A stretch of 64,000 nt of DNA from assembly GCF_964355755.1 (NCBI RefSeq), contig NC_092671.1:36466304-36530303 (forward strand), written 5' to 3'. Source of the stretch: Antedon mediterranea. Taxonomy: Eukaryota; Animalia; Echinodermata. This document shows, one piece after another, positions 1 through 20,848 of this stretch; position 1 is the first letter of the stretch, and each line of letters opens with the position of its first letter. The notes under the pieces were generated by a model that ran no database searches, was not told the DNA's origin, and saw nothing but the letters and a program-made list of their open reading frames with translations. The position numbers and the translations under genes were made by a program.

Positions 1-252
1 TGTTTAGAGTGTTTTGAAGAGGTTTCCAATATTTTCGCTGGTATCAACATAACTGTTTCATGAAGTGCATTTCATGAATGATAAATGGAGGATTGTTTGA
101 ATTGCGTACATGCCACATGTTTAGAATGTGAAACATGTTTCATATCTAAACATGTTTACTCGGCTAAATGTATGGAAAAAGTGAGTACAAAATACATGTT
201 TAAGATCTAAACACTATTTTTACAGTGTATATGTGTGTTTTTATATATACAG

Positions 253-359
253 TGTGTATAACTAGTAATAACAGAAGACAGGATGCTGACACGGACAACT
301 ACCAAGAAGAAGACAACTCTTTGGCGGTCACTAAGTTGATGGAAAGCACGCTGGATTGA
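253..359 (+). CDS. Terminal coding exon of an upstream FLVCR-like MFS paralog (rest of gene lies before the window)
   Basis: AG at 251-252, phase-1 exon reading (V)CITSNNRRQDADTDNYQEEDNSLAVTKLMESTLD*, TGA 357-359; nearly identical to the last exon of copy A (10758-10864). Confidence 0.85.
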
Positions 360-2729
360 AAATGAAAATAAATGATGGGTACGGGGCGCCGTCCGGGACA
401 TTACTCATTTTGTCGACATAATACAATTGTGTGACACATAAAGAAAATAAGATGCCAGGGAGAGAATTTCTTCTGAATTGGAAGAAAGTTGTTGATCATT
501 ATATAAGATAAAGTAATTATATCAGGAAAATGTATATACATATCATATTTATTTAATTGATAAAAGAGAATCGTATGACCAAAGAAGAATACGAGAAGCC
601 GTGATTGTGTTTTACAAGGTCGTGTTCATAGATGGTCTACGAATATACATTAATTCCACCGAGATAAAACTGGCGATTTAAAATGTACGTACCGCAGGAC
701 TATAATACATTATCGTTTACAAAAATGAATGAATAGACACGGTGATTTATGTACTCAACTAAAATTAGCACCCTGAGGATTACTTCCGAAAGAAAAACAA
801 AATGAATCAAAATGTTTTATTTGGACTCATTTAAACAAACCCAATTTGTGTTTTGTATATTATAACAGTAGGGTTAAGGGATGGAGAAGTAACAATTTTT
901 AAACATATTCTTATCCACTCAGTAACAAAATATTTAGTCATGTTTTATAGGCCTATAAATAATATACCACTAAATACAGTAAAACATTTGCGATTTAATA
1001 CTTTGTTAAACTGTCACTGTCATAGTCGATTGAAATAGTAAAGTACATGTAACGATACACCACAACAATGTTTATATTTTTTGTAATTATTAATTAATAC
1101 AAACGTTGAGAATCAACTGTCAGTAATAAAGTGTATTTGTATATTATGTGTTTTATAATCTAACAGTAGGGCCTACCCACACTCACAGTAATAAAGTTTA
1201 TTTGTATATGTGTTTATAATCTAACAGTAGGGGCTACCCACACTCATAGTAATAAAGTTTATTTGCATATATTTTGTTTATATTATATCTAACAGTACCA
1301 AAACTCACAGTAAGAAATTTGCAATTCAAATGGCGATCAAAAGTATTACAATACATATTTACAGTATTGTACAGCATTACAATACTATTTATGTTTATTC
1401 TCCAAGGGCCCATAAATTGACCTACTTGTGTTAAACCATGGATGTATACCTCTATGGTTTAAACTAAATAATTTGGAATATTCAATTCATCGCAAATCAA
1501 TACATTTGTATAAACGTATATTAAATCTATCAACATAGTATTTTTTTAAAGAAAATTGGTCTTTAACATTATGATGCTGTAATCGAGCTGTTCGAACGGT
1601 TTTCAGCTATTACAAACAATTATCGTAAGAGGAGATAGAAAATGCGAAGCAGTCTTGTATTATTGTGTGAGGGTATTTTTCAAGATGGGCATCTATTAGA
1701 CAGTGTATACGACGATCGGAAAACACCTCTATTTGGGGCAAATACCTAAAATTAGTTTTAATCGTCAATAACAAACTTTCTAACTCAATTTAATTAGTAA
1801 AACAGGGTTATATTAGGTGGTTAAAATCAGTAAGTACGAACCAACTTTATATACCGTCGAGTAAAAATTCTAGAAATAAGGCGCGATTTACAGAATTTTG
1901 CCCTTAAAGTTATATATAGATACTGCTTTGGTGGTCCAAAGAACTTCGAAGTCGGGTAGAGGGTAACATGACGCAAATAGGTTTTGTCTATTTTATTCTA
2001 AGCTCTGTCTACAAACTAGTTTACAAAAAAGTGTGATGTGCCCAAATATGATATTGATATGCTTATATATGGTAATGATATGACATCATCATGTCCATAT
2101 ATTGGCACGTCATTTTTTTTTTTTATGTTCGCCCATAGACTTATAACACAACTATGTTTTATTATGATTCACATCTAGATAATAATAATAAATAGAAACA
2201 TTGTTTATATTGTGATTAGAAAATATTTATTTACAGAAAACATAGAACTAATCCTATTAAAATATATAAAATCTTTTGTTATACCATGAAGATTTTTATG
2301 TCAACAGTTTGTACTAAAAATAGACAATAATTGTTAATAATCAGCAGAAGTAAAAAGTAATAATTAAGCCTAAATATGTACTTTATTAAATATACTGTGA
2401 GAGCATCCAAATGGAACAGGTGATTCTCGTAAAGTACGAGACAAAAAAACTGAGGTGCAGTTTAAGGTCTGATTGTAGACAATAAGAGAACCAGGTGAAT
2501 GGTAAGTGAGATAATCGCTTCAATATAAGAGCTGAAAGCAATTCAGTGTTCGTATAGTTGTTATTGAATGCTTAAATTTTTTATAAATTTCTTTAAAAAT
2601 GTGAATCAAAAAGGCCTAAAAATAAAAGTATAACACGCTTTAGTGCATCAACAGAATGCACTCAGGATATGTGCATTGTGACATGGAAGATTAATCTGTA
2701 GCCTAGGCGTATTTTGTATTTAGTTCACC

Positions 2730-10864
<8,135 letters not shown>

Positions 10865-12452
10865 AAATGAAAATAAATGATGGGTACGGGGCGCCGTCCG
10901 GGACATTACTCATTTTGTCGACATAATACAATTGTGTGACACATAAAGAAAATGAGATGCCAGGGAGAGAATTTCTTCTGAATTGGAAGAAAGTTGTTGA
11001 TCATTATATAAGATAAAGTAATTATATCAGGAAAATGTATATACATATATCATATTTATTTAATTGATAAAAGAGAATCGTATGACCAAAGAAGAATACG
11101 AGAAGCCGTGATTGTGTTTTACAAGGTCGTGTTCACAGATTGTCTACGAATACACAGTAATTCCACCGAGATAAAACTGGCGATTTAAAATGTGCGTACC
11201 GCAGGACTATAATACATTGTCGTTTACAAAAATGAATGAATAGACACGGTGATTTATGTACTCAACTAAAATTAGCACCCTGAGGATTACTTCCGAAAGA
11301 AAAACAAAATGAGTCAAAATGTTTTATTTGGACTCATTTAAACAGACCCAATTTGTGTTTTGTATATTATAACAGTAGGGTTAAGGGATGGGGAAGTAAC
11401 AATTTTAAACATATACTTATCCACTCAGGAACGAAATATTTAGTCATGTTTTATAGGCCTATAAATAATATACCACTAAATACAGTAAAACATTTGCGAT
11501 TTAATACTTTGTTAAACTGTCACTGTCATAGTCGATTGAAATAGTAAAGTACATGTAACGATACACCACAACGATGTTTATATTTTTTGTAATTAATAAT
11601 TAATACAAACGTTGGGAAGCAACTGTCAGTAATAAAGTGTATTTGTATATTATGTGTTTTATAATCTAACAGTAGGGCTACCCACACTCATAGTAATAAA
11701 GTTTATTTGTATATATTTTGTTTATATTATATCTAACAGTACCAAAACTCACAGTAAGAAATTTGCAATTCAAATGGCGATCAAAAGTATTACAATACAT
11801 ATTTACAGTATTGTACAGCATTACAATACTATTTATGTTTATTCTCCAAGGGCCCATAAATTGACCTACTTGTGTTCAACCATGGAGGTATACCTCTATG
11901 GTTTAAACCAAATAATTTGGAATATTCAATTCATCGCAAATCAATACATTTGTATAAACGTATATTAAATCTATCAACATAGTATTTTTTAAAGAAAATT
12001 GGTCTTTAACATTATGATGCTGTAATCGAGCTGTTCGAACGGTTTTCAGCTATTAAAAACAATTATCGTAAGAGGATATAGAAAATGCGAAGCATTCTTG
12101 TATTATTGTGTGAGGGTATTTTTCAAGATGGACATCTATTAGACAGTGTATACGACGATCGGAAAACACCTCTATTTGGGGCAAATACCTAAAATTCGTT
12201 TTAATCGTCAATAACAAACTTTCTAACTCAATTTAATTAGTAAAACAGGGTTATATTAGGTGGTTAAAATCAGTAAATACGAACCAACTTTATATACCAT
12301 CGAGTAAAAATTCTAGAAATAAGGCGCGATTTACAGAATTTTGCCCTTACGTAAATTTATATATAGATACTGTTTTGGTGGTCCACAGAACAACAGAACG
12401 AAGTCGGGTAGAGGGTAACATGACGCAAATAGGTTTTGTCTATTTTATTCTA

Positions 12453-12610
12453 AGCTCTGTCTACAAACTAGTTTGACCCCAAAAAAAGTGTGATGTGCCC
12501 AAATATGATATTGATATGCTTATATATGGTAATGATATGACATCATCATGTCCATATATTGGCACGTCATATTTTTTTATCACATAAAGTTTGATAGTGT
12601 AGAGAGAGCT
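12453..12610. mobile_element. MITE family 1 (AGCTCTGTCTACAC... TIR)
   Basis: Complete copy upstream of copy B; the corresponding copy upstream of A (~2002-2112) has lost its right end. Confidence 0.75.
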
Positions 12611-13298
12611 TTAGCATTTCTTTTCTATGTTCGCCCATAGACTTATAACACAACTATGTTTTATTATGATTCACATCTAGATAATAATAATAAATAGAAA
12701 CATTGTTTATATTGTGATTAGAAAATATTTATTTACAGAAAACATAGAACTAATCCCATTAAAATATATAAAATCTTTTGTTATACCATGAAGCTTTTTA
12801 TGTCAACAGTTTGTACTGAAAATAGACAATGATTGTTAATAATCAGCAGAAGTAAAAGGTAATAATTAAGCCTAAATATTTACTTTATTAAATATACTGT
12901 GTCAGCATCGAAATGGAACAGGCGATTCTCGTAAAGTACGAGACAAAAAATGAGGTGCAGTTCAAGGTCTGATTGTAGACAATAAGAGAATCAGGTGAAT
13001 GGATATAATATATAATAAGAGCTGAAAGCACTTAAATAACAATTCAGTGTTCGTTAGTTGCTGACTATTATATGCCAACCATTGTTATAATATTATAGTA
13101 TTTTTGGTCAAAAAATGTTTCTTAAATTGAATTGAATGCTTAATAGTTTTCAAAATTCCTTTGAAAATGTGAAACAAGTAGGCCCAAACAAAAAAAGTAT
13201 AACACGCTTTAGTGCATCAACAGAATGCACTCAGGATATGTGCATTGTGACATGGAAGATTAATCTGTAGCCTAGGCGTATTTTGTATTTAGTTCACC

Positions 13299-16200
13299 AT
13301 GGAAGACAAGCCTGAAAAGTCGTGTTTGCTGGTTGATGAATCTGGCTGTAAGCTTTACAAACGACGATGGATTATGCTGGCTAACTTTGGTCTTTTTACG
13401 ACGACAAACTTGTTTATGTGGGTACAATATGCTGCAATATCTGACGTAGTAGCTGAACATTACGACGTTTCAACGAACACCGTTGATTTACTAAACTCCA
13501 CATATAGTATAGCTTACATAGTTTTTATTGTGCCAGTTATATTGATAACCGAAAGGTTTGGCTTAAGAACTATTATAATGCTCGGTACTAGTTTACAATG
13601 TGTTGGATCATGGTTTCGGTTTGTTGGGACATCACAGGATTCATTACTTCTACATTTTATTGGTCAGTCCATGTGTGGAGCAGCAGGGCTGTCTGTTATG
13701 GGGATGGCGCCACAAGTTGCAGGGACATGGTTTGGGATTGATGAGGTATCTTTTGCATCTGCCTTAGGTTTTATTGGAATTGAGGTAGGAATAATTTACT
13801 ATTATTACTATTACTTATCACTTTTAAGTGAATATTAAAACATTCAATTATGTTGTTTGAGTTGATTGGGAATAATTCTGCAATAATTAATCATACCATT
13901 GTGTTTTTAGGTGGGGATTGGTATGGCCTATATTTTACCCTCATACTTCGTACAAGGACCAGATATTGGACATCAAATAAAATATTATTTCTTATTCACT
14001 GCAATAGTGATGACGATATTAATGTTGATTACTGCATTTGGTAAGATTTATGAATTGTGTGTTAATTAATATGAAATCAGCAAGTATATTGTGAATTTCA
14101 ATTGCTACAATCATGGCTACATTTGATTGAAAACCAATATGATGCACTGTTTATTTTAAGTGGGCCTACATACGATAATCCTGCTCTCTGAAATTGACAA
14201 AAGATGGATTATTGCTTTGAATTATGGGATTGTTTTTATTGGATAAGGAGGATAGTTGAAGGATCATATTTGGGTTCTTTTTTTTTTTAGTATTTGAGAA
14301 CAAGCCAGCCCTTCCTCCAAGCAAACCTCGGATGAATGTGAAAAAAGCCGGGAAAAAGGACAATTTCCTGCAATCAGTTAAATACATTCTGAGCAACAGG
14401 AATTATTTACTATTATTAGTAGCATTCGGTACTTAGAAAATTAATGTTTTCCGTTGATAAGTGAAGTGCTATTCAGAGATATAAATTGTTATTCATGTTA
14501 CTTTTATATTATTTTCATCATATTAATTAACCATAAATGTTTGATTAAATTGTTTTAAATAAATACCATAAAGCATTAACATAATATTCGTATCATATTT
14601 TCAGGTATAAACGTTGGGTTCCTCAATACAATAGGCCTAGTATTGAAAGACTTTTTGAGCTCAACGTATACGGTATGTATTTTATTTAGTATACGGTAGT
14701 GATAGCCAATCGTTTCAATTTAATATTTATTTCCACAATATAATGACATACAGGATAATATATACAATGAAGTAATCATGTTGGGTGGGGGGGGGGGGGT
14801 GGGCATATAAGTCAGAAAGACTTTAAGTTTGACCCACCCCAAGATCACATTAAATACGAATATGAAAACGAAGAAATACAAATACATAAACTTAAAATAA
14901 ATAAGAGAAAACATTAATATTAATACAACTTATATTATTATCTATTTTCATTATTAATATTGGTAATATTATTTTATTCATTATTTATATACTAAAAAAA
15001 TATATTAGTTGGGAAGGTGGGTGTAAGGTGCAATAGTAGGCAGGAGGGCGGGGTCTAATATTGATATTGAGACAAAACAAACATTTTTTTTTATACTTAT
15101 AATTAATAGGACAGTTCAACCATCTTGAGTCATCTTGGTATAGCAAAGATATTGTGTGGAGTATCTGGGCCACTGATTTCAGGAATCTGGCTCGATAGGT
15201 CAAAATATTTCAGGTAATAATTCTTTTAATCGGTCTCATTTTCGGTACAATTTTTTCCTAATTAATTAATATCAATATCACATCCTCTCAATTTTACGAA
15301 CTCGCAGCTCCACTTAAGTTACATTTGAAAGAACAAAGATGGTTTGTAAATAATATATTATGATAATAATGCTATTTTAATTCTTATAGGGTAACAACTA
15401 TTGTGCTTTCTATTCTGATTGCCACCTCGGTATTATTATTTGCAATTTCATTGGCTAATGCCACTAAATTGCTTACTACAATATCTATAGGAATATTTTT
15501 GTAAGTATTTTGAAGTTATTGTTTCACGTTAGGCTCTGTTTACACTATCACTTTATGTGACAAAACAATGTGATGTGCCCATATATGGATATGACAATGT
15601 CATATCAGTATCATTTTTAAGCATAACACTACCATATTTGGGAACATCACACGTTTTTGTCACATAAAGTTTGATAGTGTAGACAGAGCCTTATGGGCCT
15701 TAAATATTAAAGATGTATTGTCCTGTCACACCAAAATCAGTCCGGGCCAAAATCGATCCGGCGGACCAGTTTTGGCTGCTAAAATCAGTCCGGGGGACCA
15801 TTTATGGCTGCCAAACCCTGTCCGGCCGGACCAATTTTGGCCGCCAAAACTGGTCCGGTCTGGATAAAATCGGTCCGGGCAGTAGGACTGTTTTTGGCCG
15901 CCAAATATGGTCCGGTCTTACAAATATATGGTGCGCAAAATGATTCATAATGCATATATCATTAAAAAAGGCCATGATTAGTCATTATATTGAAAACTAT
16001 GGGGTTTTATTTGTTATTTTAATATTCTAAATTAAGCCTGTTTTTTTTATTATCATTATTAGTAGTAACTCATCAATAAAATAAGTACTAATTGTTAGGC
16101 TTTTTGTATACAATATGTATCTCTGCCTGTTTTTAATCCATTTTGTTCTTTTTTAACATCTTCGTTTCCCCATGATGTTAAAAACAATTTAATTTATCAT

Positions 16201-19200
16201 TTATTTATGGTTAATCAATCAATATATCAATTCAATACAATTATTATAAAACAATTATCCAATATTGATTAGGCTGAGGAAGGCAAAAAATGAAGGTCAA
16301 AATATTCTAAATTTAAATTGGCAATAGCAAAGTAATATTAAAGTTATTCACTTTAAGTCGAAAATTTTAGCAAAAAAACAACCAGTTTACGTAATTAACA
16401 GGTAATTTAATTTGATTACATTTCATCTGGAAAATCGTCGCGAATAAAACTAAACAAAGATTTCAAACCACGAGTATGCATTATGCATGATGTTAGGATT
16501 GTTTACAACCCGTCATGGTTGAGAAGGTGTTTTCACACAGATTGCGAGGAAGTTTTATGATTATGCATACAGAGTAGCCAAACAAGCGCGTTGCATTATG
16601 AGATATGTTTTGATCGAAATTTTGACTGGAAGTCAAAGTTTATTTTTTAACAAAAAAACGTCTGTATTTCAGTTAAATTTTTTTTTTCCGACAATTTTTT
16701 TGTGAAATTTAATAATTTTTATGATACTTCAAAATGACCCACTTTTTTCGAAATATTTTTTTAATAATTTTTTGGGAATTAGTCAAAGGGACAATACATC
16801 TTTAAGTAGATAGCATCTTTCATATTTGACAGATATAACCAAACCATATGTTATGATGGTTTAATGACAATTATTATAATAATGTTAGTTTCTTTTATTT
16901 CAAGTGTTTTTATATCCTCGTTTTTTGTCGTTGCAACTGAACATGCTGTAGAAGTAACTTATCCAGAATCTGAGGTAATGTCCTCAGGAATTCTAAACAC
17001 TACTGGTGTTGTAAGTAATTTTCCTTACTATGTCAGAAAGTAAACGTCTAAAGCGTTTATTTCGGTTGTATATAATACATATATATATATATATATATAA
17101 ATCCAAAGGCAAATTACTGAAAAAAAATACAATGCTGTGGGTATCAGTGGCTGGATCTCAATGGAGATACAAAAAAAAAGCGAAAAGCTAAATCAAAACG
17201 ATAAACACTAGCCCTTCATCAGTGCAAGTGAGGGAATTTGGATAAAGTCATAGCATATGAGTTGGCAAATGCTGTTATATATATATATAAACAAATCAGG
17301 CAAAGAACAGTAATTCTAAACCGCTATATATATATAGCGACAAAACTCGCAAAGACAAAGAAAACTACCGGAAATTACTACTTAAAACCACAAAACCTTT
17401 TGGACTGAACATGCTGTAGAACTAACGTATCCAGAATCTGAGATAATGTCCTCAGGATTTCTAAACACTACCAGTTTTGTAAGATACTTATATTCTTTAT
17501 TATATCAGAAAGTGGACGTATAATGCCTTGTCTAAACTATCAAACTTTATGTGACATAAAAATATGTGTACTCATATATGGACACGATGATGTCATATCA
17601 TTAACATATTTGAACATATCACTACCATATTTGGGCACGTCACACTTTTTTTTGTCAAACTAGTTTGATAGTGTAGACAGAGCTTAAAGCGACCAGTGAT
17701 ACAGTGTTGGAAATAAGTATGTCTGTTTGATTTGGCGTGAACGGTAAAAGGTCACCACAAGTTCGAACGTTCTGGTTTTGTGTGAGGTACAAAAACGTAA
17801 CCCAGTCCGAAATGTTTATCGGTCTCTGGATCGAATCTGGGTTTAGTTGAAACGCGCTTATCTCGATATATTGAAGATTAGATCCATTTCATGCTATATT
17901 GCCCCATTTATGATGACATCAGAACGGCATTATTCTCGATAAATCTAAATCTAGATTTTAATCTAAACTTATGAAAAATATGTCACAAAATGATAAGTTT
18001 ATATTTATTATGGGTGCAAATGATCCCGATATCATCAAGCCAATTATGAAGTATGTATGTTCGGCGTTTGAAAGGCGCTTGACCATTCAGGCCTCCACCT
18101 GATACTGAGCGACCTTTATGCAACATACATGCTCATTGAATGCTTTTATTATTGCTTTTTCTTTTAAATCTTTGTTTATTTTTGTAAATGTTGTTGTTAA
18201 CCATACCTTGATGTCAAGGTGAATGTTAATAAATTTGAATTGTTCAGACTACCTGGTCTCAATTATTCGGTTGTATACATCAATGGATTTGTTTTCCTTT
18301 AGGTCGTTGCATTGCTATTGATGTTTACAATTGATGTCATCTTGTCTGATCAAACTGTTTTTATCAAGACATGTTTTTGTTTTCTAATTCTCATCATTCC
18401 AGTTACAACTTCAGGTAAGTTTTGTTATTTTCTAGTGACAGAGAGAGGACAAGGAATCTTCCAATCTCCATAAAGGTCAAATGTCGTGTAAAATAAAAAC
18501 AATTTTTGTAGTAATAAAAACATTTTAGTTATACTGTATCTGAAACAAGCTCAATTATTTGGAGTGTTTTGAAGAGGTTTCTAATATTATCGCTGGTATC
18601 AACAATAAACGCAGGATTGTTTGAATTGAATCAATTTATTATAATTTTTTTTTAACTTGGTGCGAATCAACCGGCAGACACTTGTGATCTTTTATATTTT
18701 ACATTTTTCTTGTTCCTGTGAGTACACAAATTCAGTACATTATAATATCTCTATGATTCAACCAATTGGCTGCCAAGGCACTTATGTCATAGAGTTTTAA
18801 AATAAAGGTATTGATCAATATAAATCTTATCGTAAAATACCTTTATTACACTGTAAAAGCAGTGTGGAGCTTTTAAACACGTAGTTACATGTTTAGCGTG
18901 AATAAAACTTGTTTATAGCTACATGCTGTTTACCTCCACCCGTTTATCAATCAATATGTTCAATTATTTTCAACATGTTTAGGTACGTGTTTAGCGTTGC
19001 GTGCCTACGATTTTACTGTGGCGGAAAAAATTTAAAACCTAAACGTGTCTTTATATTGCTTCACATGTGTAACAATCAACACGTCACTGATGTGTTAAGT
19101 TGGGTATAGACCACATGGTTAGAATGTGTTTAGAACCTGAACATGTTTCATATCTAAACATGTTTAAGGCTAAATGTGTGAAAAAGTGGATAAAAAATAC

Positions 19201-19445
19201 ATGTTCTAATCTAATCACTATTTTTACAGTGTATATGTGTGTTTTTATATATAGTGTGTATAACAACTTTGAAACGTTATCACTATTCATTCTTTCGTGG
19301 ATACCTACATTTTCTAATGTGTGTGTTTTTATATACAGTGTGTATAACTAGTAACAACAGAAGACAGAATGCTGACACGGACAACTACCTAGAAGAGAAC
19401 AACTCGTCGGCGGTCACTAATTTGATGGAAAGCACGCTGGATTGA
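13299..19445 (+). CDS. FLVCR: FLVCR/SLC49-family MFS transporter, tandem copy B (~453 aa, chimeric)
   Basis: Exons 13299-13784, 13911-14040, 14291-14428, 14605-14672, 15110-15213, 15390-15500, 16905-17010, 18303-18414, 19339-19445; exon lengths identical to copy A, frame open. Confidence 0.88.
15724..16283. mobile_element. Insertion with GC-rich GGACCA/TTTTGGC/GGTCCG subterminal-type repeats, nested in the TTAA element of copy B
   Basis: Absent from the copy A element; 15724-15915 is made of short direct and inverted motifs typical of a DNA-transposon end; the other end is not recognisable. Confidence 0.6.
17404..17478 (+). pseudogene. Orphan 3' part of a second exon 7 inside intron 7 of copy B
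   Basis: Reads TEHAVELTYPESEIMSSGFLNTTSF then a GTAAGA donor; the first 31 nt and the acceptor are missing. Confidence 0.85.
18848..19232. mobile_element. Non-autonomous element with CACTGTAAAA / TTTTACAGTG termini
   Basis: Inverted termini flanked by TA; related partial copies at ~100-229, ~10610-10736, ~23850-24057, ~35430-35839. Confidence 0.65.
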
Positions 19446-19714
19446 AGATGAAAATCAGATGTCAGGGAAGAAAGTTGTTACTTTCTATTATTATATAAGA
19501 TAAAGTAATTATATCAGCGAAATTTATACATATTATATCCTATTTATTTATGTTGTGATTGAGATTAATACTGTTTTGGTTGTCCACAGAGCTTCGAAGT
19601 CGGGTAGACGGTAATATGTCGCAAATATGTTTTGTTATTTTTATTTTAAGCTCTGTCTACACTAAAAACTAGTTTGAGCAAAAAAAAGTGTGATGTGCCC
19701 AAATATGGTATTGA

Positions 19715-20080
19715 TTGTACAACAATACAACAGAAAAGTTACAGAAAAACAAAAGCCTATAAATAAAATAAATTAACAGTCTGAAAAGAAAATTTGGAAT
19801 ATAGTAAAAAATTAATATGTTAAATTAAGTAAAAATAATAAATATATATATATATACTTAGGTCTAACATTTTACAATTTAAAGTCTTGAAAAGGATTAT
19901 ATAGTTTGGAGAAAAGTCATAAGTCTAGTTTTGAATGAAGAAAAGGATAAGATCATTGTAGAAATGCGGGCCTTGTAGCTGAAAGAGAGTTTGACAATTT
20001 CAAGAGAGGATCTAGGAATGTGAAGATTTCCTTTGGAGATTTTGAGAGTAGTCCTCCCATTGGCAATAATATTAGTTAGT
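19715..20080 (-). mobile_element. Degraded LINE (CR1/L2-like) 3' fragment inserted in a MITE family 1 copy (19649-20198)
   Basis: Interrupts the MITE core; minus strand reads NLHIPRSSLEIVKLSFSYKA...SFKTRL, like a CR1/L2 ORF2 C-terminus. Confidence 0.45.
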
Positions 20081-20848
20081 ATAAGCTTATATATGGTAGT
20101 GTTATGTCCAAATATTGTAGTGATATGACATCATCATGTCCATATATGGGCACATCACATTTTGTTGTCACATAAAGTTTGATAGTGTAGACAGAGCTTT
20201 AGCATTTTTTTACTATGTTCGGCCATGGACTTATAATAATAATAATAATAATTCACACCGAGATAATAAATAGAAACATTTTTTTATATTGTGATTGGAA
20301 AATATTTATTTACAGAAAACATAGAACTAAGCCCATTAAAATATATAAAATATTTTGTTAACGATATACCATATGCTGCTTTTCATGTCAACAGTTTGTA
20401 CTGAAAATAGACAATGATTGTTAGTAATCAGCAGAAGTAAAAAAGTAATAATTAAGCCTAAATATTTACTTTATTAAATATACTGTGAGAGCATCGAAAT
20501 GGAACAGGCGATTCTCGTAAAGGACGAGACAAAAAAACTGAGGTGCAGTTTAAGGTCAGATTGTAGACAATAAGAGAATCAGGTGAATGGTAAGTGAGAT
20601 AGTCGCTTCAATATAATATATAATAAGAGCTGAAAGCACTTAAATAACAATTCAGTGTTCGTATAGTTGTTATTGAATGCTTAATAATTGCCAAAATTTC
20701 TTTGAAAATGTGAAACAAAAAGGCCTAAACAATAAAAGTATAACACGCTTTAGTGCATCAACAGAATGCACTCACGATATGTGCATATTTTTATTTGTGA
20801 CATGCAAGATTAATCTGTAGCCTAGGCGTATTTTGTATTTAGTTCACC

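Noticed and set aside
771-795. Hammerhead-like CTGAGGA...GAAA
   Set aside because: No stem II after the core and no UH or stem I.
15713-15943. 76-aa GC-rich ORF
   Set aside because: Lies in the repetitive end of an insertion absent from copy A; no protein motif.
13299-19445. Copy B as a pseudogene
   Set aside because: All nine coding exons have intact splice sites and an open frame; only the extra half-exon is non-functional.
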